Shown here piece by piece: positions 56,601 through 64,000 of a DNA stretch of 64,000 nucleotides. The stretch is from a virus: the IMG/VR virus record IMGVR_UViG_3300031951_000037, positions 32,001 to 96,000 of that record, one strand, 5' to 3'. Within the stretch, counting starts at the first letter, position 1. Each line of letters starts with the position of its first letter. The translations under genes and the position numbers were made by a program. The notes under the pieces are model-generated. The model was not told the DNA's origin and ran no database searches. It was given only the letters and a program-made list of their open reading frames with translations.

Positions 56601-57585
56601 ATTAGGTGTGGGTCCAATGAGCAAAGAGATAGTTGAGCTATGCCTCAACTATAGCCACTCGCACGATCATCCACTAATGATTATCGCTAGTCGCAATCAA
56701 GCAGATTACGATAGTGGGTACGCAATGAATACCAAAGAACTATCGGAGCTAGTGTTCAATCATGAACATTATAATCCTAATAGGGTATTATTGTGTAGAG
56801 ACCATTGCGGTCCTTATTTCAGCGATATGGATAATGGTCTAGAACTAGAAGCAGCGTTAGTGCGATGCTTGAATACAATCAAGGCCGACATTGATGCAAA
56901 CTTTGACCTCATTCACGTTGACGTAAGCAGAGTAGAACCGAACAAGCAGCAATATGTTGCCGAGAAGTTGTTTTCCTATGCAATGGAACTGAATCCAAAT
57001 ATTATGTTTGAGTTTGGCACCGAAGACAATACGGGCAACACCACTGAAACATTGAATATGTTGAACATTCAACTAGAATATGTCAAGCCTTGGCAGAACA
57101 ATCTTCGCTATGTAGTGTCTCAGACAGGAAGCTTGACTAAGCAAACTCAAGTTGGTACGTTCAACATTGAACAGACCAAGAAGCTTATCAACGTCATTCA
57201 TCAAAATGGCTATATGTTCAAGGAACATAATGCAGACTATCTTGATGTTGAGCAGGTAAAGTTGCGTAAAGATACAGGAGTGGATGCATTAAATATCGCC
57301 CCGCAACTTGGCACTATTGCTAGCAGTGTGCTATATGATTTGGGTTCGGGCACAGTTGAATTATCAGAGTTCATGAATGTTGTACTTGATTCGGGCTATT
57401 ATAAAAAGTGGTGCACCGTTGAAGTAGACAATGACAAAGACCGCTTTATCAGTTCTGCACACTATTTGTTTGAGCATCCATACTGCTATGATCTAAAGCA
57501 AGTAATAGATATGGAAGAATACGCTACAGTGTTAGAGGCTAGATTGTTTGACGCACTAGACCAATATAGATTTGGGTACAACTAA
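56581..57585 (+). CDS. GatZ/KbaZ-like TIM-barrel protein (tagatose-phosphate epimerase/aldolase-like)
   Basis: IIASRNQ, RDHCGP, IHVDVS, FEFGTE, VVSQTG, KEHNADY, NIAPQLG follow the GatZ/KbaZ motif order. Confidence 0.75.
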   Translation: MDLKQFKLGVGPMSKEIVELCLNYSHSHDHPLMIIASRNQADYDSGYAMNTKELSELVFNHEHYNPNRVLLCRDHCGPYFSDMDNGLELEAALVRCLNTIKADIDANFDLIHVDVSRVEPNKQQYVAEKLFSYAMELNPNIMFEFGTEDNTGNTTETLNMLNIQLEYVKPWQNNLRYVVSQTGSLTKQTQVGTFNIEQTKKLINVIHQNGYMFKEHNADYLDVEQVKLRKDTGVDALNIAPQLGTIASSVLYDLGSGTVELSEFMNVVLDSGYYKKWCTVEVDNDKDRFISSAHYLFEHPYCYDLKQVIDMEEYATVLEARLFDALDQYRFGYN

Positions 57586-57607
57586 TAAAAATGGTAGCAT
57601 AATACCC

Positions 57608-57615
57608 AATAAATA
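57608..57615 (+). promoter_or_regulatory. Late promoter (AATAAATA)
   Basis: Intergenic, upstream of the 34-aa ORF and the carbamoyltransferase. Confidence 0.6.
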
Positions 57616-57637
57616 CTGACTACTATTGGAAACAACT

Positions 57638-57742
57638 ATGATTAAAATTATCAAGAACCTTATCAACAAAGTTAGGCGCGAGATTCTATATAGAAAAAGA
57701 ATCAAAGAGCTTAAAAAAAGAGATCCACATATTTACAGATGA
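57638..57742 (+). CDS. Small basic 34-aa peptide, absent from the ORF track
   Basis: MIKIIKNLINKVRREILYRKRIKELKKRDPHIYR; follows a late promoter; ATGA overlap with the carbamoyltransferase. Confidence 0.6.
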   Translation: MIKIIKNLINKVRREILYRKRIKELKKRDPHIYR

Positions 57743-59229
57743 ACTACGTAGGCATTAGTTGCGGCTTCCATGATGCCGGTTTAAGTGTCATTGATAACAA
57801 TGGCAATATTCTTTTTGCTGGGCACAGCGAACGATATAGCAAGAAAAAGCATGATAGTGACTTGTGCTTGGGCATTGTTGATGATGCGTTAAATTATATC
57901 AACAATGATTTTCAAGTGCATTACTATGAACGCCCTTATGTTAAGGCAATCCGTCAACTATATGCAGGGCAAAAGTTAGGACCATTTGGCTGGGACAAGT
58001 TAATCGGTTCTTCATTGTATGCGTTAAACACGGGCGAACACTCTCATAAAGGTAGAGTAAAGACGCACAATCACCATCTATGTCACGCCGCAGCAGGATT
58101 CCAAACAAGTCCATATGAAGATGCTACAGTAGTTGTTATTGATGCTATCGGTGAACTAGATACTATTAGTATTTGGGATGCAACTTACGATAAGAACGGT
58201 GTAGCAAAGTACAAGAAGATTTGGGGACGCAAGTATCCTGACTCAATTGGTCTTTTCTATTCTGCAATGACAGCACGAGTAGGCTTGCGCCCACTAGACG
58301 AAGAATATATTCTGATGGGTATGGCTGCATATGGTAAGCCAGTATATGATATCTCAATGCAACGATTATTCAGTAACTTTAATGAGATTGTTTTGAAAGA
58401 TAACCTACACATCGGAGTTGATGAAAAGTTTCTAAAGGATGCAGACGAAATGGATATTGCTGCATCTGCACAGGCTGTTGTTGAACAGCTAATAGAAACA
58501 GTAATGAAGAAGGCTAAGAAGCTAGGTAGTAGCGACAATCTCGTATATGGCGGCGGCGTTGCTCTCAATTGTCTTGCCAACAGACTACTGGGTAAGTATT
58601 ACGAAAACATTTGGATCATGCCTAACCCAGGTGATGCAGGTAATAGCTTAGGCGCAGCAGCGTTGGGCTATGGCAAGAAGATCAACTGGACAGATGCTTT
58701 CTTAGGATTTGACATTGAAGGTGATTATCCGGTTGACAGCATCATCAAAGAATTATATAGTAACAAGATGGTAGGTGTCGCTAGTGGCAGGGCGGAGTTT
58801 GGCCCTCGTGCATTAGGTAATCGAAGCCTGCTAGCAGACCCTCGCGGCCCTGAAATTAAGGACAAAGTTAATGACATTAAACGAAGACAGAAGTTCCGCC
58901 CGTTTGCGCCAGTCATTTTGGAGGAGCTGGTTACTGATTACTTTGATATGCCTAGTGGCTGGAGCGACAGTAGGTATATGCAAGTCATCGCTACTTGTAG
59001 GCATCCTGACTTATTTCCTGCTATCGTTCATCATGACGGGACTTCTCGTGTTCAGACTGTCCCGAATGACGGATCAGGAATTAGAAAACTACTAGAAGCC
59101 TGGTATAAAGAAACCGGCTGCCCAATGCTTTTGAATACGTCATTGAACATTCGTGGAGAACCCATGGTTAATGATCGTAATGATGCTGATAGATTTGAAA
59201 AACTCTATGGAGTAAAAGTCTGCTCATAA
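57739..59229 (+). CDS. O-carbamoyltransferase (NodU/CmcH/TobZ family)
   Basis: GFHDAG, ERYS..KHD, HHLCHAA, IDAIGE, SIGLFY, GGVALNC, GDAG, EFGPRALGNRS, RQKFRPFAP, HHDGTSRVQTV, LLNTSLN. Confidence 0.95.
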   Translation: MNYVGISCGFHDAGLSVIDNNGNILFAGHSERYSKKKHDSDLCLGIVDDALNYINNDFQVHYYERPYVKAIRQLYAGQKLGPFGWDKLIGSSLYALNTGEHSHKGRVKTHNHHLCHAAAGFQTSPYEDATVVVIDAIGELDTISIWDATYDKNGVAKYKKIWGRKYPDSIGLFYSAMTARVGLRPLDEEYILMGMAAYGKPVYDISMQRLFSNFNEIVLKDNLHIGVDEKFLKDADEMDIAASAQAVVEQLIETVMKKAKKLGSSDNLVYGGGVALNCLANRLLGKYYENIWIMPNPGDAGNSLGAAALGYGKKINWTDAFLGFDIEGDYPVDSIIKELYSNKMVGVASGRAEFGPRALGNRSLLADPRGPEIKDKVNDIKRRQKFRPFAPVILEELVTDYFDMPSGWSDSRYMQVIATCRHPDLFPAIVHHDGTSRVQTVPNDGSGIRKLLEAWYKETGCPMLLNTSLNIRGEPMVNDRNDADRFEKLYGVKVCS

Positions 59230-59232
59230 GTA
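59226..59232 (+). promoter_or_regulatory. Late promoter variant (ATAAGTA)
   Basis: Same A-to-G variant as at 17524; ends 6 nt before the ATG at 59239. Confidence 0.4.
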
Positions 59233-59238
59233 AAGTAT

Positions 59239-62200
59239 ATGCTTAGAGACGTATTCTATTTTGGTAAAAAGCCCAACGTTCATCCTAGAGAACAGTTTGC
59301 AGAGAATCTACAAGATGCTAGACTAAAAGCCACTACTCGTGACTTTTGGATCATTAATGAGTTCTCTGACTATCGCAATTTTGATTGGGACTTTGATTTT
59401 GAATTTTTGCCTGACGAAGACGTTTGGGCAGAAGATCACAATAACGTATGGCCTAGTCAGCATCAAAAGGACAGTGGCACATGGTTGTGTCCCAAGGAAC
59501 ATAGTGATGTTATTGTCTATCGCAATGATGTAGATCCGGTCATTCGTAAAAACGAAAAGACCGACCAATGGGTCGAGCTTGATTTAATCAACTATAGTAA
59601 GTTTGACTTTAGTTGGCATCCTGACCCAACTGATCCTCCCTATATCTATAAGTGGGGTTGTAAGTTCTTCCCAACAGAAATCAAGCATGTATTAGAGTAT
59701 CGTGTTCCTGGCGCTACTCAAGAAAAGTATATGAACACGATTGCAGAGTTAGTACCTGAATATGATCGTTGGGTAGAACATCAGGCAATTGACAAAGATA
59801 GATTTGATATGTCATGGAGACCAAATCCATTGGATCCACCATTCATCTATGTTTGGGGTAACAAGTATGTTGACGGAAGACTACAGCCCACACTTGAATA
59901 TCATGCTCCGAACGCAACTGATATAAAATATCTATCAGAACTTGTCCCTGTTTTACCTGAACAAGATAGATGGACTATTCTTGAGGATATTGTAAAAGAT
60001 TCATTTGACTTTAGCTGGCGTCCTGACCCAAGAGAACCAGCATTCATTTATGTATTTGGTAACGAACAATACGATGGCACAATCATGCCTACACTTGAAT
60101 ATCGTTGCCCTAATGCTACAGAAATTAAGTATGTCAATGATATTACGGCTAAATTAGCTCCCAAGAAGGAATTGTTTGAGCATTTAGAAGACAGTTATGG
60201 TATTGATTATAGCTGGCGCCCTAATCCTACAAGTCCTCCCTATATCTATGCATGGGGTAATCAATGGAATAGTCCAGAAGAAAAGATATCTATTCAGTTT
60301 GTCGTTCCAGGAGCCACAGAATACAAATATATGACAGAGCGTGCTATTCGCAAGCCATGCATGGATAATTGGGTAGTCCCTGATGATGTTGACGCTACTG
60401 GATTTGATTTTAGTTGGGAGCCAAACCCCACGGCACCCCCGTACATTTATGAGTTCGCAACACAATGGCAGAAGACCGGCGGCCCTCAGTACGTAGTACC
60501 GGGAGCTACGGAGAAACAGTATGTGGATTTTCAAAGAGTTAAAAGACTTCCTACAAACAAAGGTTGGGCGATTCCTAACAATATTGATATTGATAGATTT
60601 GATTTTTCATGGCATCCAGATAGTTCTAGTCCTCCTTATGTTTATGTATTTTCTACTCAGTGGGCATTCAGCGGCGGACCTGTATATACAGTTGATGGAG
60701 CAACTGAGGTCAAGTATGTAGAAGATCAGGTTGCTACTGCAATCGTAGATATGAATAATTGGGTATATGATGCTACTGAGATTGATGTAGACAGCTTTGA
60801 TTTTAGCTGGCATCCACATGCAGAAGATCAGCCATATATCTACCAGTTCGGTACTCAATGGCAGAAGACAGGTGGTCCTAAATATATTACTTCGGGCGCT
60901 GATAATTCAAGCCCGGTAAAATATGTAGATACTCGTATTATAAAAGCAATGCGCTTATCCAACCCACATGATTACTATTGGGTAGAAAATTATCCCATTA
61001 AAGACTTTGATTACTCATGGCACCCAGACGATACCGAAGAGCCATATATCTATGTATTTGGTAACAAGCAGTATCCTGCCGAAGAGTGTCCTACTATTGA
61101 ATATAGAATGGAAGGCGCAACTCAGGTAAAATACATTCATGATATCGTAGCTACGTTAGATGTAGATATGACTAACTGGGTAATTCATGAACCAATTGAT
61201 GAAGACAGTTTTGACTTTAGTTGGGTACCTAATCCAACTGACCAGCCTTATATCTATGTTTTCGGTAACCAACGTTATTCGGGTGAGATTTATCCCACTG
61301 TAGAATATCGTACTCCTAATGCGACAGAAAAGAAATATGTCAGTGATGTAACCGCTAAACTTAAAGTTGACAAGTCTAAGTTTACTTTATTATATCCAAT
61401 AAACGAAGATAAGTTTGATTTTAGATGGAGACCTAACCCAATGTCTCCTCCCTATATCTATATCTTCGGTAACCAATATTACTCAGCAGAAGAAATGCCC
61501 ACTGTAGAATATCGGGTAGATGGTGCTACCGAAATAAAATATGTGAAAAATATTACTGCACATTTGAAGTCCAACATGACAAATTGGGAAGTTCCTAGTA
61601 ACATTGACGTTTCAAGTTTTGATTTTAGCTGGGTGCCTCATCCCAAAAGTCCTCCCTACATCTATGAGTTTGCAACGGTGTGGAATGACAGGGGCGGACC
61701 TAGGTATATCGTCAAAGGGGCAACAGAATACAAGTACATTGAAGAAATTAAAGCTAAAACATTACCTGATAAAACCAATTGGGACATTCCGAATAATATT
61801 GATATTTCAAGTTTTGATTTTAGCTGGGTTCCTCATCCCAATTCCCCTCCATACATATATGAGTTTGGGACACAATGGAATGACAGGGGAGGACCTGTTT
61901 ACCGAATGCCTGGTGCAACGGAATACAAATACATTGATACTGTAAAGGCAAATACTCTTCCAAGCCGAGTCAACTGGGAAATACCAGACGGGGTAGATGT
62001 TAGACGATTTGATTTTAGTTGGGCACCACATCCGATGGCCCCGCCCTACATCTATCAGTTTGGTACTAAGCTAGATAACAACGACGGTCCTAGATATGTC
62101 ACGCCTAGCAACAACGGAGAGATTGTATATCTTGAGCGGGTAGAACTTTTAGGTTCATCTGATATTAGTGTGGGTCAATATTATATTGAAACCAGCTTGG

Positions 62201-64000
62201 AAGAGTTAATCAATAAGCATCCAAAAGAAATCTTTTGGGCAATGCGAAAGAACATTGACTATTCACACTTTGATTTTAGCTGGCGCCCAACTACTGTGGA
62301 AGTTGCCTATGAACTAGATTATGTTCATGTTTTTGGTTCTCCTGAATCAGAACTAACACAGACATATTTTGTGAGCGCAGAGCATTATCTAAAAGGTAAC
62401 ACCGAGTTTAAGTTTGTAGAAGATTTAAAACTAAATGAAGATACTTTGGCTAAACTATTCAAGAAGCCTGATATGTTCTTTATTGACAGAAGCAATAGTG
62501 AATCACAAGAGCGGTTTGAGAAGCTTAAAGAACGTTTCCCTGGCATTCAAAAGACTCGCTATCTTAATAGCTGGGTTGATACTATCAATCGCTGCACTAA
62601 GAAAGCAAGCACTGAATTGATTTGGGTTCTTAATAGTGAACTAGACTATAGCGACTTTAACTTTGATTACTATCCTAATCCTTGGCAGATGAAGATGGTT
62701 CAAGTGTTTGGTACTCAGTGGAGCCATTGGGGAACAACGTTCATGGTTAACTGCGAAACATTCCCCGAAGATACCAGGTATGTCAAGATTATTGAACATC
62801 TATCCAACTTGAACTTTGTGAAGGATATTCGTACTAAGGCAACACAGTGCGTCCATGATATTGTAGTTATTGACCATGCTAACAAGGAAACAAGTGATGT
62901 AGTGTCATTTTTGCAGAGTAAGGTATCTGACAACACGATTACGGTAATTCCTTATCAAGAGAGCTACCTAGAAACCTTCAAGGAAATTATTAGTAAGCAG
63001 CAAGAAAAGAAGGATCATTACATTTGGATTTGCTCAAGTGTATGTGACTATACGAACTTTGATTTCTCATATGTGTGTGATCCGTTTGCAAGAGACCAGC
63101 TACATGTTTTCCCAAGTGGAACGCAGAAGTTCGGTGATACTTTCTTCGTAGATGTTAACAAGGCTAGAGAAGTTATCAGTGATCTAGAACTACTAGAAAG
63201 CTTCAATAAGGTAAACTACAACATGACTATTAGGGCAGAAAGATTGCCCGAACCAGTGATTGTTGTTAATGATGACACGCATTCTACTGCTATTAATAAG
63301 ATTATTGATTTCCCATACGCAACACTAGTTACCTATGATAACACTGATGTACCTAAGGTTGATATTGAGCCGATGAATCTTTGGTCTAGCGATACTAAGA
63401 ATATCTATGTTACTAGTACTGGTGCAACTCGTATTGTTGTGCCTGTCGAAGCTAAGGACTATGTTAAGAAAGAATTGTATGAATATCCATACATTAAGCG
63501 TGCTCCTAAGTTAGCAACTTCTAAGCCATTAGATATCGTATACCTAAGTAACGGCGAAACAGGTGCCGACGAAAACTATCAATACTTGTTAGATGTTACT
63601 AAGGATCTCCCCAATAGAGTTGTTAGGGTAGATGGAATTAACGGTCGTGTTGCTGCTTATCATGCAGCAGCAGAGGCTAGCGAAACGACTTGGATGTTCA
63701 CGGTCTTTGCTAAGCTTAAAGTCAACCCTAAGTTTGATTGGAACTGGCAACCCGATAGAATGCAGGCTCCTAAGCATTATATTTTCTATGCAAAGAATCC
63801 AGTTAACGGATTAACCTACGGTCACCAAGCAATGATCGCATATAACAAGAAGCTCACACTTGCTAATGAAGGCAAAGGTCTTGATTTTACATTGGATGAC
63901 GAGCATGAAGTAGTGCCATTGATTTCAGGAACAGCAAACTACAATACTGACGAGTTCTCAACGTGGCGCACTGCATTTAGAGAAGTTATCAAGCTTAAAG
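59239..64000 (+). CDS. Giant tandem-repeat protein of GT-A-derived modules, >1587 aa, truncated by the window edge
   Basis: Hand translation is open from ATG 59239 (MLRDVFYFGKKPNVHP) to the window end (TWRTAFREVIKLK) with no stop; the last domain is homologous to the 46128 protein. Confidence 0.9.
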   Translation, partial: MLRDVFYFGKKPNVHPREQFAENLQDARLKATTRDFWIINEFSDYRNFDWDFDFEFLPDEDVWAEDHNNVWPSQHQKDSGTWLCPKEHSDVIVYRNDVDPVIRKNEKTDQWVELDLINYSKFDFSWHPDPTDPPYIYKWGCKFFPTEIKHVLEYRVPGATQEKYMNTIAELVPEYDRWVEHQAIDKDRFDMSWRPNPLDPPFIYVWGNKYVDGRLQPTLEYHAPNATDIKYLSELVPVLPEQDRWTILEDIVKDSFDFSWRPDPREPAFIYVFGNEQYDGTIMPTLEYRCPNATEIKYVNDITAKLAPKKELFEHLEDSYGIDYSWRPNPTSPPYIYAWGNQWNSPEEKISIQFVVPGATEYKYMTERAIRKPCMDNWVVPDDVDATGFDFSWEPNPTAPPYIYEFATQWQKTGGPQYVVPGATEKQYVDFQRVKRLPTNKGWAIPNNIDIDRFDFSWHPDSSSPPYVYVFSTQWAFSGGPVYTVDGATEVKYVEDQVATAIVDMNNWVYDATEIDVDSFDFSWHPHAEDQPYIYQFGTQWQKTGGPKYITSGADNSSPVKYVDTRIIKAMRLSNPHDYYWVENYPIKDFDYSWHPDDTEEPYIYVFGNKQYPAEECPTIEYRMEGATQVKYIHDIVATLDVDMTNWVIHEPIDEDSFDFSWVPNPTDQPYIYVFGNQRYSGEIYPTVEYRTPNATEKKYVSDVTAKLKVDKSKFTLLYPINEDKFDFRWRPNPMSPPYIYIFGNQYYSAEEMPTVEYRVDGATEIKYVKNITAHLKSNMTNWEVPSNIDVSSFDFSWVPHPKSPPYIYEFATVWNDRGGPRYIVKGATEYKYIEEIKAKTLPDKTNWDIPNNIDISSFDFSWVPHPNSPPYIYEFGTQWNDRGGPVYRMPGATEYKYIDTVKANTLPSRVNWEIPDGVDVRRFDFSWAPHPMAPPYIYQFGTKLDNNDGPRYVTPSNNGEIVYLERVELLGSSDISVGQYYIETSLEELINKHPKEIFWAMRKNIDYSHFDFSWRPTTVEVAYELDYVHVFGSPESELTQTYFVSAEHYLKGNTEFKFVEDLKLNEDTLAKLFKKPDMFFIDRSNSESQERFEKLKERFPGIQKTRYLNSWVDTINRCTKKASTELIWVLNSELDYSDFNFDYYPNPWQMKMVQVFGTQWSHWGTTFMVNCETFPEDTRYVKIIEHLSNLNFVKDIRTKATQCVHDIVVIDHANKETSDVVSFLQSKVSDNTITVIPYQESYLETFKEIISKQQEKKDHYIWICSSVCDYTNFDFSYVCDPFARDQLHVFPSGTQKFGDTFFVDVNKAREVISDLELLESFNKVNYNMTIRAERLPEPVIVVNDDTHSTAINKIIDFPYATLVTYDNTDVPKVDIEPMNLWSSDTKNIYVTSTGATRIVVPVEAKDYVKKELYEYPYIKRAPKLATSKPLDIVYLSNGETGADENYQYLLDVTKDLPNRVVRVDGINGRVAAYHAAAEASETTWMFTVFAKLKVNPKFDWNWQPDRMQAPKHYIFYAKNPVNGLTYGHQAMIAYNKKLTLANEGKGLDFTLDDEHEVVPLISGTANYNTDEFSTWRTAFREVIKLK
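59570..62110 (+). repeat. 13 tandem ~65-aa repeats: W......FDFSW.P.P..PPYIY.FG.Q....P..EY..PGATE.KY
   Basis: FDFSW-like cores counted in translation at about 59602, 59803, 60004, 60205, 60403, 60598, 60796, 61006, 61210, 61414, 61618, 61813 and 62008. Confidence 0.9.

Noticed and set aside
59570-62110. CRISPR array or non-coding tandem repeat in a region the ORF track leaves nearly empty
   Set aside because: The units are in-frame protein repeats with synonymous divergence inside one continuous ORF; there are no identical direct repeats with unique spacers.
59323-63814. Short ORFs listed by the track in the last 4.7 kb
   Set aside because: All overlap the long plus-strand frame starting at 59239, which explains the region.
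1-64000. Stop-codon reassignment (TAG or TGA recoding), as in some jumbo phages
   Set aside because: A 6718-codon ORF and all the other genes are intact under the standard code. TAA and TGA end most genes; TAG ends one (55406) and does not fragment any.
1-64000. tRNA or rRNA genes
   Set aside because: Intergenic gaps are short and none shows a cloverleaf or rRNA signature by eye; a tRNAscan-SE run would confirm.

Overview
This window is a segment of a large T4-like (jumbo) myophage genome, AT-rich, read with the standard genetic code. It has three parts. (1) 126-4761, minus strand: a recombination/late-transcription block of Hjc-type resolvase, gp46, gp47 and an enlarged gp55 late sigma factor, driven by sigma70-like promoters. 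(2) 4887-43740, plus strand: a baseplate/tail-fibre module of tube initiator, gp53, hub, gp5-like spike, gp25, gp6, a 6718-aa gp7-like mega-protein, two paralogous fibres and a chaperone, preceded by late-promoter motifs [GCA][AC]TAA[AG]TA. (3) 43768 to beyond 64000, plus strand: a ~20-kb, largely translationally coupled, apparently late-expressed locus. It encodes glycosyltransferase-like paralogue sets, a radical SAM enzyme, three SGNH proteins, a five-gene sugar/polyol-phosphate activation cassette, a carbamoyltransferase, and a >1587-aa tandem-repeat protein built from degenerate GT-like modules that the ORF track misses because it runs off the window. The leading hypothesis, which is inference, is a self-contained phage virion glycosylation/decoration system. 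All family assignments come from motif recognition by eye; no database searches were run.
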